From the NCBI GenBank assembly GCA_964016885.1, contig OZ024745.1, positions 45,446,001 through 45,510,000 on the forward strand: a stretch of DNA of 64,000 nucleotides, in the 5' to 3' direction. Shown piece after piece: positions 12,219 to 25,400 of the stretch (its first letter is position 1; every line of letters begins with the position of its first letter). This DNA comes from Eledone cirrhosa. Lineage: Eukaryota. Under the pieces are notes generated by a model. That model was not told the origin of the DNA and did no database searches. It worked only from the letters and a program-made list of their open reading frames with translations. A program made the position numbers and the translations under genes.

Positions 12219-13021
12219 GTTCAGCATAATCGAAACTCTGGCTGCAGCTAAGCTAACGAATGCAATCGGAATGTACAGCTAAGCACTCAATAAGGTATAT
12301 TACCTTAGAGTAATAACATTACGTTTAGACAGCTTTATATAATAGGAAAAGAGTACTCAGTAAGTAACCGAGTGCACATATATTTTGAATTAATATATTT
12401 TATTTTATTTATTCTTGCAGTGTGTGTGTGTGTGTGTAGCAATAGCGATTTTATTCCCTTCTTTGTTCGGGTACAGAGGGTCATATGATAATATTGTAAT
12501 AATGATAACCACAATAGCAATAATAATGATGTTAATAATTTCATTAGCAAGGTGAAGAATGTTACGGGTGTATGTGGTGGTGGTGGTGGTGGTGGTGGTG
12601 GTGGGGGTGGTGGGTAGTTAGAGTTTATTTAGACATGACGTTTATTTTTGAATAAATATATTTTATTTATTTATTCGTGTTTGATCTGTGGCATTATCTG
12701 GACAAAGGTGCAACCGGAAGACTGGGAATTTGGGGGACTTGTTCGTTGCACACAAATCTACATGTTCACAAAATAGTATCTATCTTGTGGTAGGGTCTCG
12801 TAATTATTGGCGGTGAATTCTCATTCTCTAGCTGAGGGTGAACTTGGCGTGCCCTATATAATCTTAGTTTCACCCTTTACATTTAATAATTGGGTCTTGT
12901 CTCAATTGTGGGATGTTCTTGTGGGTGATGTGTGCCTCTGAATTTCTTGGATTGTGTGTTGAGATATAGGGTAGAGTATTGGCTGTATCTGAAGTTGTTT
13001 TAGTTTTTCGTACTTCTTGAA
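12219..13021 (-). mobile_element. Degenerate Penelope-like element 3' portion
   Basis: LPYISTHNPRN...LRQDP and decayed GIY-YIG C-terminus (IRDPTTR..EHVD.C..NK.PKF...RINK..FIQK...LN); 3' end abuts (TA)n; tail homologous to 44850-45025. Confidence 0.7.
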
Positions 13022-13259
13022 AAGTAATACGAAATTCTGAGCATAATCTCGTGATCATCTTCAGTCTATCATATTATACTTCAAACATATAAATCTGAGC
13101 CTCATTTGAGAGATTCCCAACATCAGTTAGATACTAGTTACAAGTCGGCACAACACATCTCTCCATCTTTTAACTTTTCAAAATCATGAAACTTGTGAAG
13201 CAGGTAAAGTTATAAATTAGTATACACACACATATACATAAATACATACATACATACAT

Positions 13260-13330
<71 letters not shown>

Positions 13331-13723
13331 GAAAAGCGAGAAGCTAACAGTATTCCATAACATATATATATATATATACACGCATGTATGTGTGTGCGTT
13401 TCTGCTTCTGTGTGTGCCTGTGTATTTTCGAGTCTGTTCGTGCTATGAAGTCCAAAAATATAAGGAAATGCTAAATATCACCATATTCATGTTTGAACGT
13501 AAAAGAAAGATGGTACGACAGACACGTATTTGATCTTAGGTGTCTCTGATTAGAAAAGAATTGAGGCTGAACAATAACAAGAACAGTGCCAAAATATATA
13601 GGGAAAGTGTATAAATAATACGACCGCTTGTAAAGATGTGATAGGGCAGGAACAGCCGGAATTGTAAGAGTACGATGCAATCACATATGCATACATACCT
13701 ACATTCAGACAGACATACATACA

Positions 13724-13759
<36 letters not shown>

Positions 13760-15234
13760 TATAAACGAAGCACCTCTTTCGGATATGGCTCAGCAATCAC
13801 AAACCGATATGTGTAGCTAGATCACTGGACCTCGAAATATTACAATAAATAATTAGATTGCATGTTGACTTGGCTGACATTTCGAGATCGCCTGGTGTAG
13901 TAACATTTAGAAGGAAAACAAATATACTAATTTATTTTCAAACAGCTGAAACATTTTTAGTGCTATTTCCATCAGAAAGCTGCTTTATATACATAGCTTG
14001 TTTGTCTATATGTGGACGCTTGTTAAACTGTAAAATTGCTGCAGTGTGTGTGTGGATGATGATTTGCATGTATTTTTCCCTTTGTTTTACTTGTATTTCT
14101 ATTTTCGTTTGTGTGGTTCATTATTTGACAGTTTGTGTGAGTCTGATTTTATGTATCTGTATGAGTGGAGTTTCTATTTATACGTATACAGTTGTTCTAT
14201 ATTTGTTCGTTAGTTTCTAGAATTTTAGGTCTATTTATTTGTTTGCACATGTTTGCAAATGCCTCTTGTGTGTGATTTTCTATTTTATGCATTTTCTCTG
14301 TGAGATTTTTGGCAAATGAACAGAGCCATCAAGGGAAATATGTAATGAAATGCTATATGTTCTTTGTAGGATAACACAGAATCAATTTTTCTCTACTTCT
14401 TGAAATTTATTGAGTAAATGAAAATGTTCGGATCAATATATTTTTGGGAATCTTCCTGATTTTAATAAATTAACAATATATGAAATATTTTGAGGAAGAC
14501 ATTTCCAAGAAAATAGTAATATCAAATATTGACTTCTATAGTTGTACTTGATATTCTAATGTAAGTGACAACGCGGTAACTTAGTTTTATACTGATACAT
14601 AATGCAATGTAAAGTAACGATTTTACCGTACAAAAACCATACGTGATTTTTGTCTTGTACTTTGGCATACTATTAGTTGGGAGAAAGTTGTTGAATGTAA
14701 CAATATGGGATCTATGAAACGATATGCATTGGGAGATTATCATGAAGATTATGCAAATATCAAAGGAAGGGATAATTTAACAAAGAAGCATAAACTAACT
14801 GAATCACCACCTACCAGAAAATGCATGGAATGTAAATTATAAGCGAAATTTTGTGGGTTCGGTATGAAGGTTTACCAAATTGATACTGGGAGACTGACTA
14901 AAACACGCTACACGTTTTTCTTTACGCTTTTCGTTTTTTTCAAAAGTAGTTGTAAATTTAGCTGTGGCATTTGCATAATAGTCAGATATACAATCTAATA
15001 CAACTTAACTAAAGATGTACAGTACAAAAACATTAATTAAACTTGAAATTTTCTTTTAAGCATTTCACCTGAATTTCTTTCAGACATTTGTTGAAGTCTG
15101 TAAGTTAACTTAGTTAAAAGTATCTTAACACAGTCTATTTCTTCCAGAGAAGGAAATAGAGAGAGAAGGTGAGAGAGAGAGGGGGGAGAGATAGAGGGAG
15201 GGAGAGAGAGAGAGAGGGAGAGAAAGAAAGAGAG

Positions 15235-15267
<33 letters not shown>

Positions 15268-15302
15268 AAGAAAGAGAGAGGAAGAAAGAGAGAGAGAGAG
15301 AG

Positions 15303-15334
<32 letters not shown>

Positions 15335-15596
15335 GGGTAATGGGCAAGTGAGGAAAGGAAGAATTGAATCCAGTATTGGATTGGTACTTTTTTTTATCGA
15401 CCTCGAATGTACAAAAGACAAATCGACTTGGTGTGATTTGAACTCAACGTACAGAGAACCGGATCGAATAACGCAAAGCAATTTACCCAACGTTGCGATG
15501 ACTCTGCCAATTCACCGCACTTATTTGTTTTCTACTTATCGTAAAAATAATCACTATACTTTGAATGTACCAAATAGATGTAAATTATATTTTCAG

Positions 15597-15692
15597 GCAA
15601 TCTACACACTACACGTGAAAGCCCCTAAATCAAACGGACACGATTTAAATATTCAGAAGACAATATCAAGAAATGCTTCCAAATTTGCTCAG
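15597..15692 (+). CDS. Ret: Ret receptor tyrosine kinase exon (CLD3/CLD4 junction), AIYTLHVKAPKSNGHDLNIQKTISRNASKFAQ
   Basis: ttttcag acceptor and CAG|gtaaac donor; 96 nt, phase 0-0; ISRNASKFAQ resembles vertebrate RET VSRRARRFAQ, which also ends an exon. Confidence 0.8.
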
Positions 15693-16504
15693 GTAAACAT
15701 TAAAATAATAAATTACTAATATCACTTTTAGGTGTAGTAGTTGTTGTAGCTAATTCTCTCTATCTTTTTTTATCGCTTGTGTGCTTACTTTGTTTATATA
15801 ACTAAAACCATCGTTTGCTTTAACGTACGCTGATCTAAGCCAAACCATGTTTTCAACGAATTCAAGTAAACGCAAACCATAATTTTAGAGTCAACCCAAC
15901 TCCCATGCATATATAACACAAACTCTCTTATTCATGTAGTAAAGGAAAATGAGACATGGAAAATGAGACATGATGGATTTTTTACAATTAATTTTATCTG
16001 AAATTATCTGTGTGACATGCTCGGTAGATTGTAAACTGACCTCTCTCTTCGACAGAATTGTTGTTTTTTTAATAATCAATAAAGACAAATTAAATTCTCA
16101 TAAAACTAAATATTACAAAGTATATCAACAATACAAGACAAATGAAATCATATCTTTTTCCTTTCACTTATTCATTATTTACAACGTATTTTCCTGAAAT
16201 TCAAGTTACACCGTTTCCTATCACATTTCCGCCTTCTCTCTCCTTATGTAGCTTATTGTGTAGATACAGCATCGCTTAATGGTTAAGAAGCTCGCACATA
16301 TATAACACACACACACACACGCACGCACACACACACATATATATATATATAGAGAGATTTTGAGTATATGTTGGTTGTATACCACACCTCAGTATGCAGG
16401 CTGGAGCACTCGACGATGTGCGCAGGTTGGTTTGGTTACTCCGGAGTAATGTAAAATAAAGTTAGATAACAAGTCAAATGTTTAAAATTTAGCTTCCGTT
16501 TATT

Positions 16505-16559
16505 ACTGCTATATATATTTCAGTGACAGCCATCTTTGGCTGTGACCTCTTCAGGCAGT
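16505..16559 (-). ncRNA. Hammerhead family A, inverted copy
   Basis: Reverse complement of 16570-16624 within a palindrome. Confidence 0.8.
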
Positions 16560-16569
16560 TCGAATTCGG

Positions 16570-16624
16570 ACTGCCTGAAGAGGTCACAGCCAAAGATGGC
16601 TGTCACTGAAATATATATAGCAGT
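16570..16624 (+). ncRNA. Minimal type I hammerhead ribozyme motif, family A
   Basis: actgc-CTGAAGA-ggtcacagcc(aaagat)ggctgtcact-GAAA-T-ATAT-A-TA-gcagt, then AATAAA. Confidence 0.8.
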
Positions 16625-16730
16625 AATAAACGAAGCTAAATTTTAAACATTTGACTTTTTATCTAACTTTATTTTATATATATATATATATATATATATG
16701 GCCATACTCGATAACGAGGGGGCAGCCATC

Positions 16731-16761
<31 letters not shown>

Positions 16762-18185
16762 CATATATATATATGTGTGTGTGGTTTCGAATATTTAAAC
16801 CATAAATTACAGATATCTTCGTATCGGTAGGTGTGATAAGCTACGAAGACACGAATTTGATCATAAAGAAATTCTTATTTCGAAGAATGCCAATGAGTCA
16901 TAATTTCCTTAATCCTTGCTACCCTGTTTTATACGCTCTGTGGTAACTAGGGAACTGAGATGTGTATTTATCAGTCTGATGTGTCATGTGAGTCATATTG
17001 TCACTAGACTGTCGAGTTTTTCATTTGAACTTATGTTTGTACCCCCCCTCTCTCTCTCTCGCACGTTTTCTTCTCAACACAATATTCCGTGCATGCATAA
17101 ATAATAAATGTGTTTATGCATGTATTGTATGCGTTGTATGTATAGAAAGAGTGTAAAAATAAAAAGTCATACGAATATTTCGACGTTGCAAACAGCAATT
17201 AATTATTTCTTTAAATGCTTATGTGAAAAGACGTAGATTGGTAGATGGTAAGAATTCGAAATGAGTGAGTTAGTAAAGAAGAGAATAAAATAAAATAAAA
17301 GGTACTGTAGAAACCGAGGTAGATGAGAAAATGAAGGGGAATGAGAATGTGTGAGCAAGATAGGGATATACTGATAGAAGGAAAATAGAAATGAACAATG
17401 TAAAATGAAAGATGTAAAAAATGAGTTAGATCTGAATTTGAATGAATCTCCATCAGTTCCGACGATTAACGTTGCAGTTGTTCGAATAACGGAATAGCCT
17501 GCACTTCAAATTTACGATTAAGTAGCTGATTATTCCATAGATATGTGTACCTTAACGTAATCCCATGGAGATTGAGCGTGACACAGTGTATTACATGGCT
17601 GACGTGTATTACTGGTACGGTCCATCTGATGGGCTTCTAAACAGTTTTCGTTAATCGAGTTCCTCCCACAAACTATAGGTTGACACCAGGTTATGGGTAA
17701 TGACACATGTCCATGATACTGCACAGTAGGATTGAACCAGGGACGTAATGATTCTAACCGAACTCCTTAACTGTTCCCTCATGCTGCACCCATACGGTTT
17801 AGATATTGTTTAGGCTAATGAAGCTTAGATATTGTATATTAATCTAGATCGTTATTCGCAAATTCAGTTTCCTAAATCAATTGGTGTATAGGAATAACTG
17901 ATGCAGTAGGTGTCACCAGATGTTTCCCACGGCAATACTGTCAATGTCTTGTGCGCCTGGCTCAGCTGAGGTATACCACATAGTTTGCAGCCTCCTTCAT
18001 TACTCAATAACCATTTTTTTACTCATCTTTTTGCCTGCTTTCCTTTATACTATTTTAATCCCCCCTTTTCAAATCATCCATCATTCTATACTTCTGTGCA
18101 AAGATAAAGTTCTACAATATCCCAAATTCTATTTTACATACGATTTAAACATTTTAATTTCATCATGAATCCTTTTTATTTTCAG

Positions 18186-18426
18186 ATTTACAAAATACCT
18201 GATAAAGGTGGAGAGCACTTCCAAATTAATGGTTATGAATCAAGAATATTTGGCGTCACGTGGTACACAGGAATTGTATATGTAGATAGCGAGATGACAC
18301 TTCGGTCGACATCAGACAGACATATTAAGCTGACTGTCAACATCATGAAAGGAAACATTATCCAGAAAAAAGTCCATATTTCTGTCAACATTGATGGCAC
18401 CCCAGTTAATGTAACAGGCGAATGTG
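18186..18426 (+). CDS. Ret: Ret exon (cadherin-like domain 4), IYKIPDKGGEHFQING...FGVTWYTGIVYVDSEMTL...VNIDGTPVNVTGEC
   Basis: ttttcag acceptor, G|gttggt donor, 241 nt phase 0-1; TGIVYV resembles RET SGILFV; joins in frame to flanking exons. Confidence 0.85.
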
Positions 18427-18536
18427 GTTGGTATTTAATCTATGTATACTTGTACACCATTAGTACCAAATATGTATCTTTCAATCTACCTAGCTAGCTG
18501 TCTAGCTACACATCTTTCCATCTATCCCTCTATTCA

Positions 18537-18571
<35 letters not shown>

Positions 18572-19902
18572 CTCTATCTCTCCTAAGTAGCATCTCAACT
18601 CTGCATAATTATATTCAAATCTGTATTTCATCACTTGAAATCAGCATTAATAATGATAAATCTAAAATCTAAATCTAAATATACCTAAGAAAAGCATTTC
18701 TAAAATATTCTCTTTGTAACCTGTTAAGGACAATACTCATATCAATAGTTCAGGTGCGATCGAAATGTCGACGTTTGTACTGTCCCAAATGATTCTATGT
18801 TGGTAGTTCTTAATTTAATTTCTCATCAGTCACCATCTACAGTTCTTCTAGCCAAAAATCAAAGCAGTTCAATGGCTTGTTGCTGTTTGTAGACCTTCAT
18901 TAGTTCCGACGACCAATGTTGCAGATGATGGAACAACAGTACAGCCTGCTCGTGAGATGTATGTACATATGACTAAACATTCCACAGAGGGAGACACGTG
19001 TATTCGTAACATAGTATTTGGAGAGATTCTGTGTGACAGAGTGATTTTCAAAGTTAAGCCTTTTAATTATAGGCACAACACATTTTATCCGTCTGAGTGG
19101 ACTGGAACAACGTGGAATTAACTGTCTTGCTCAAGAACACGTCGCCCTGCCAAGAATCGAACTCACAACATTGAGATCGTGTTCTGAACAGTGTAGCCAC
19201 GAAGTCACGCGCCTTCACTCGTTACATTACGAAATTAACTGAACTCTCACTAGAATCATAATGAGTCATAATTAATTGTATTAACCAATCACTTCTTTAA
19301 TTCAAACGAAGTTATAAGTACAACGCACACACATATGCACAAACACATACACACGTACATATACAGGTCAACACATACACGCAGGCACATATACGCGCAT
19401 TCACAAATACATACATACACGCACGCATTCTAATGAGGAAATAAAGAACTTGGATATATGATTATATACATACATATAGATACTAAACCTAACCCTAACC
19501 TTATACATACACACATGCTGATTATGAAAACAAAAGTTATTTTCCTGCAAACTATTATACACACCGCACACAATATCTGCTGTACACAGGAGCTCAACAA
19601 CCACAACTCTGTTGTAGTATTATTTTTACATTAAACCTTACTTTAAGCCAACTAAGGAAGACATTTTAAGACGTTTAATACTAGTGGGATTATATTTCTA
19701 CACAGATCTTATACGATTAACTTAATTTTCATTTAATTGAAATTAGGCGTTCAGAACAATTTAATTAATTTATGAAAAAGTAAGAAGCTTCGTGGAATTT
19801 TTGAATAGAGAAAAATAAATAGTCTAAAATATAGAGTATAAAAGACCCCTTAACGGAAGAAAAAAACAGGTAGCACCTACAGTAATGATAGTATTTCTGT
19901 CT

Positions 19903-20001
19903 CGCCGAGGTTGACTTTGCCTTTCATCCTTACGGGGTCGATAAAATAAAGTACCAGTAATGCACTGGGTAATTGCTGGCCTTGTGCCTAAAGTAGAAAC
20001 A
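19903..20001 (+). mobile_element. SINE family 2, 5'-truncated
   Basis: 13-bp TSD agtatttctgtct. Confidence 0.85.
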
Positions 20002-21836
20002 AGTATTTCTGTCTGGCAAGCATGGAGGTGTGGGTTCATGTATTTCCGTCCAGATGGCTTATATGCCCTATTATTTAGTTTACTTTTTTATAGTAAAAAA
20101 AAAAAAAATCGATGAAGCTTCCTACTTTCTCATAAATTTTAAATTCCAATCATCGATTCTAAATACACGTTCGTTAATTTAATTAATATTTTATTTGAAT
20201 ATTATGATAGCTAAACCTTGAAAAAGTAAACTATACAAGATGTTTGCCGTTGTCCTGGCATCAAAATTTGTGTTTTGTTTTTGTAGTTTCACTATGAAAA
20301 TATATATTGTCGGCACTCAAAGATATAAATTATTGTACACGTGTATCGATACATGTTAATTTATTATATTTTTCAAATTTTTCTAGAGGTAATAAACTAA
20401 TCCCCTTCATTTGAATTTAGAAAACATAAGTTAGATAGACTTCTATATATGTTTAGACGGCATCACTAACTTCAGTAAAGGTCGATGTCTCGTCTTACAG
20501 ATGGATGATGAGTATTTCACAAATTTCCTTCCCGACTAAAGGTTCATTTGTTTATGCTGATTAAAGACCTAACTGAGGTGTTTTTACTAGAGATTCACTA
20601 TTGCTAACTGACTTTTCGGAGATGTACCGTCTGATGACTGATGTTATGACTGTGATCATAAAGAGTATTTATTGCATCATATTGTACATTTCTTGCGTGT
20701 CTGCACACACCTAGAATTTCTGGACTCTTGCAACCCGTTAGTCGTTACCATATCACAGAGTGATGGAACCAGAAGTATATACCTCAGTATTAAAGGATAC
20801 AAACACCACCACCTCATGCAGAACAGGGAGACAGATTAGCTCCAACAGTTCTGTATATTGATAGGATAATATCTATCAAAGTCAGGTGAAAATGATTGGT
20901 ACACTGAATTTGACATCAAAGACACAGAGCAGCTTCTTCAGTGGTCAGAAGGAGTTTGATACGAAGAGAATTATGTGAAGAGAGTAATAATAGATAAGTT
21001 GTGTGACAGATAAACTTTAAGGTCATATGTGAGATATAGGGTCAAGTGAATGTCACTTTAACATAATAGACACAGCACTATAGTAACCCGTTTGGCTATG
21101 CTGGGTTGTTTCCCAGAGATTGGAACATTTAAACAGAGAACTTTAATTCACAAAAATGTTTGGAAATTTTTCCGAGGACACTTTTAGCCGAGGAGAAACA
21201 AATTGAGTAGATCCTGAAGAGTTATAATTTGAAGGGTTATATATTGTAGGAAACTACGTGGTAAAATAAATGAAGAAAAAAGAAGTTATGATAGATCGAT
21301 GTTGGTCAGCTTAATCTAGGATTTGTGTATATTTCTAGAATCTTAGTAATTATTCGTGGAAGTGGCAGCATGTCTAAAATAATTAACGTAATTACTGACG
21401 TTAGTCTGGATTAGCTATGTTTTGTTTTATTGTACAGCTGCAAAAAGAGAGCGAGAGAAAGGGAGAGAGAGGAGATATTGAGACAGAGAAATTGTTCTGA
21501 GTTCGATATGATCGACTAAATCTATTGATGAAGCCAGTAAGACGATAAAAGAAAAAAAATTATCAACCCGTGTCTAGCGGAATTAAAGTGTCTATTTTCT
21601 TTCTATCGATAGAGCTGTCATTTCTTTCTTTCTTCATCTCTGTTGTTAACGGGGTCTGGGTCTTTGTATTTTCTCCCGACGCCTATTTCTCCTCTTAGCA
21701 GCGAACAGTACATTCTCTTCTAGTTACATTTTCATCCGCTGTTTAGCGACCCTCACAATTCCTCTTTTACTTCCATCTAATTGCGCTATTTACATGTCTG
21801 AATATGCATATATTTGTATGTATCTCTATTATATAG

Positions 21837-22049
21837 GGCACAGCTGTTCCTTTTATCAATCAAAAGAAGAATGTCTATCTCATTGTGGCCTTGGATCTCC
21901 TAGCGGACACTGTCATGTGCGAAAAGGTGTTATACACACTCGGACTACACTTTATGGAACATGCAGCCCAAATCTAGAACACTGTCCAGATGGAATTTGT
22001 GATGATGTAGAAAGGCAACACCCTATGTTATGCCCACAGGACTGCACAG
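21837..22049 (+). CDS. Ret: Ret exon (cysteine-rich domain), GHSCSFYQSKEECLSHCGLGSPSGHC...TCSPNLEHCPDGICDDVERQHPMLCPQDCT
   Basis: atatag acceptor, AG|gtaagc donor, 213 nt phase 1-1; diagnostic RET CRD motifs GLGSPxGxC, TCSP...CPDGxCD, CPQDC. Confidence 0.95.
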
Positions 22050-23484
22050 GTAAGCAAGTTTTCTCGTCCTCTTTCCCTTCTTCTCCCTCCTCTGCAACTA
22101 ACCTCTCTCTTTCTGATTCTCTCCACTCATAATTTTACATTTTTCTGAATGTTATAATTACATTCTCTCATGATGTCATAAAAGAAAAGAATTGCAGTGA
22201 TTACTATAAGAATACCTTGCTGTGAACTGACCACCGTACATTAGCTGAAACTTTCTGTTAGAGTAATTTCAGTCTATTTATGCTATCGGAAAATATTATA
22301 TTTCTGCCAAACCAATCTATCTGGCCCTTATACATTTGCCAAAAAAAAAAAAAAAAAAAAAAAAAGAATCATACCACACAGTGGATTTCCGTTTCCGTCT
22401 AACATTATTTTAATTAGATTTTTCGGGTTCATCTTAAGTCTTGCAACATACCATCTAATGCAACACGATCTGCTATTTTATTATTTGCAGATTATTTGGT
22501 CCGACATATAATCATTGATTTAATTCACCCAAATTTTATAACTATATCATTAAATATTTGTTTTACATTATAATGACATTACATAAGCTAAGGCATTTAG
22601 ACTTAAATCAAGGTGGGCCTATTTTTTTAATCTGTTATTTGTTTTAGGTTCCTTCGTTTCTTCAATTTCCACCAAACAAATGATGTTGATTACCTTCCTG
22701 TTTATTTAACATGCTGCGCAGCAAACCGCTCTCTGACAGTTGTCTAACCAAAACTGCTGAATTTGTGAACGCATCTGTTAAACCTATTACTGATTCTAGA
22801 TTCAGAGAAACTTAAATTAATGTACATTAACAGGTCATGCTTTGTGGAAACTTGGTATTTCTGATAAAAACAAGACATCATTTGATTACGCAAAACATAT
22901 ATATATATATATTTACTTAATTAAAAAAATATAGCATTTTTATTATAAATGTAAATAGTGTTTCAAATTAGTTTATCTGTCCCCAAGTACCAGTTTCAAT
23001 TAATTCATTCACAGGAGACCAATTAAGACAACGAATCTCCTTTCCGAAAAAAACAACCTTCATGCAGTTCTACCAACAAACCCCTAAACGAAATATTTTA
23101 GAAGTAATATCTTAAGAAAATAGTCTTACTTGAATGAAAAAATGTTACGCAAACCTTCTGTTTTTAAAGCGTATCTTTCTTTTCCTTATTTCTCACATTT
23201 CCCTCTTTTATCTGGGCTAAGTTATTTACAGAGTTTTATTCAGCCATTCAGTATTAATTTGCTGAGATCTAAAAGTTTTCATAATATATTTTGTTTGTAG
23301 CTTGTATACGCTGCACCATTTTGCGTTTCGGTACTTTATATTATTCTGTAATTCTGTAATTAATATCTTTCCTTTCGATCCTTTACTATATTTTGCTTTT
23401 GGTCAAGGCCGCCTCGTGTGACATTTCATAATAGAAACTTATCTCCTTCTATTTCTTATACATTCTATTTGAATTTTATTTCAG

Positions 23485-23652
23485 TTAAAAGCGTTAGTGG
23501 CGGTGCACTTAATCCGAAGTACAAACCACCAATGGGTATCAAACAAGCGGGTGGATGGTGCTCGTGTGATACATCTGGCTCTTGTACATGTAAAACACCA
23601 CCACCCCCATCACCCCCGTCAATACCAAAGAAGAAACCTATTACTGAGGCAT
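23485..23652 (+). CDS. Ret: Ret exon (distal CRD plus Pro-rich stalk), VKSVSGGALNPKYKPPMGIKQAGGWCSCDTSGSCTCKTPPPPSPPSIPKKKPITEA
   Basis: tttcag acceptor, T|gtaagt donor, 168 nt phase 1-1; GIK..G.CxC...CxC matches RET GIKAGYGTCNC...CFC. Confidence 0.9.
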
Positions 23653-23957
23653 GTAAGTTGAATACAGAATTCATATTTTTTCTCAAATGAAGGCTATTTC
23701 ACGAAAGACGATGACGGTGATAACAAGTGTGGACTTTCAATTAAGAATTTTATTACGACCCTTTACGTTCTGAGTTCAGATCCCACAGAGGTTAGCTTTG
23801 CCTTTCATTCTTACGGGGTCAATAAAATAAAGCACCACTTCAAAATGTTGGCCTTGTGCCTAATGTAGAAACAATTATTTGTAGTGATTAACTATATTTA
23901 TTATGGTCATTTACGTTGGATCTCACACATTTCAAATTTCAAACTCTTAAGTTAGTT

Positions 23958-23993
<36 letters not shown>

Positions 23994-24052
23994 CAAGGCT
24001 CTGATACCATCAACACTATACACACAGAGCTGGCATATCTAATAACTGACTA

Positions 24053-24108
24053 ACTGCCTGATGAGGTCATAGCCATTCAATGGCTATCATCGAAATATAT
24101 ATAGCAGT
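24053..24108 (+). ncRNA. Hammerhead family A, diverged copy
   Basis: actgc-CTGATGA-ggtcatagcc(attcaat)ggctatcatc-GAAA-TATATATA-gcagt; compensatory C-G to T-A change in stem II. Confidence 0.8.
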
Positions 24109-24234
24109 AAAAAAAGGATTATGAGTTCATGCAATTGACTTATGTTTCGTCACTATATATATATATATATATATAACATGAAAATAGCTAATTTAAGAAT
24201 TTGAAATATATATATATATATATATATATATAGG

Positions 24235-25400
24235 AGGGTAAAAACGACAGAAATGAGCAACTCACACAATGATGAAGTGGAGAGTATTTACATTAACAAT
24301 TTGAATTAACTATAAATTACCAACGTTTTCAAAATGAAAACACATTTAAAGGTCTAGAAATGTATAGTTTCCATGGCCTTCACCTCTACACCAGAGCAGG
24401 GAAACTGGTGCGGTTAATATTTCACTTCAAGGCCTCTTGGAAAAGCATGAGCAGAGGAGAAGTTATGGGATGGGGGAGGGGGGGGGGGGGGGTCGTCGCT
24501 TGAGGCAAAAAGGGCCGTTGGTTCTTGTCTTAGGGAAATTTAAATATATCAAACGTGTTATGAGGAGGAGAGATGTGTCAGTTGGGAATGTCTGAGTAGA
24601 GTATGAAATAAAGCTTTCAAGAGCAGATATCACTCTATTAACGTATGACTGGAGATTGTCTGTGAGTGATTTATGCCGATTAACCAAATGGCTAATATAG
24701 TCTAGGATGTCAGTGTGTTTAACAGTAGCATCATCCTAGGTATGGCAGCCTGTCTTCATTGTGGGTCTCATCTGGGCTTTGTAGAACGTCGCAATTGTTG
24801 GGAAATGTATTATCTGGCACTGAAGAGCGGGTCATGTTTTTGAGATCCGGCCCAGTCTATGTTAAACATAGGTTGTAAAGCATAGGATTTAGAGTGGTCG
24901 TGAAAGTTCTGTGTGTAACTCATGCCTAAGGAAGATATGGTGCAACGATATTTGCTTGAGAGAAATAGTGCTTGTGTTTTACTGTTGAAAGAGGCGAGAC
25001 TGGCATGGTACCACTTGAGGGAGCTTTCGATATCTCTCTTCCTGGAATCAGTGCAGGCTTGGAGGGAAATGTTGAGTTTACGTATTTATGGCGTTTGGTT
25101 GGAGAAGATTTTAAAGAAATGATGGTATCATCGGTGTAAGTTACCATCATTGCTGGATGTGATGGCTTGTAGGTTATTAACGTAGATAGTACTCTCTCTT
25201 TCTCTCAGGCCCATATTCAATCCTGGTGCACACTGTCGTGGATATACTATGAGATATTACTGTCAGCACATGTAATGTCTGTGTGATCTGATAGGGAGAT
25301 GCAAGAGATTACAGACGGATGACGCCCTGAGGCGGACAGTTTTGAGTGAAAATTCACATAACGCACAAATGCAAACGTTTTGCTCATGTTGAGGGTAACT
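24235..25400 (-). mobile_element. Degenerate LINE reverse transcriptase fragment
   Basis: In order on the - strand: LNMSKTF (LDxSKAFD-like), IYVNNL, YTDDTII (YADD-like); many frameshifts; boundaries approximate. Confidence 0.7.

Larger units (their letters stand above)
16452..16676. repeat. Palindrome (about 112-bp arms) carrying two hammerheads
   Basis: Centre cgaattcg at 16561-16568. Confidence 0.95.

Noticed and set aside
20640-21000. Possible LINE 3' remnant
   Set aside because: Too degenerate to assign by eye
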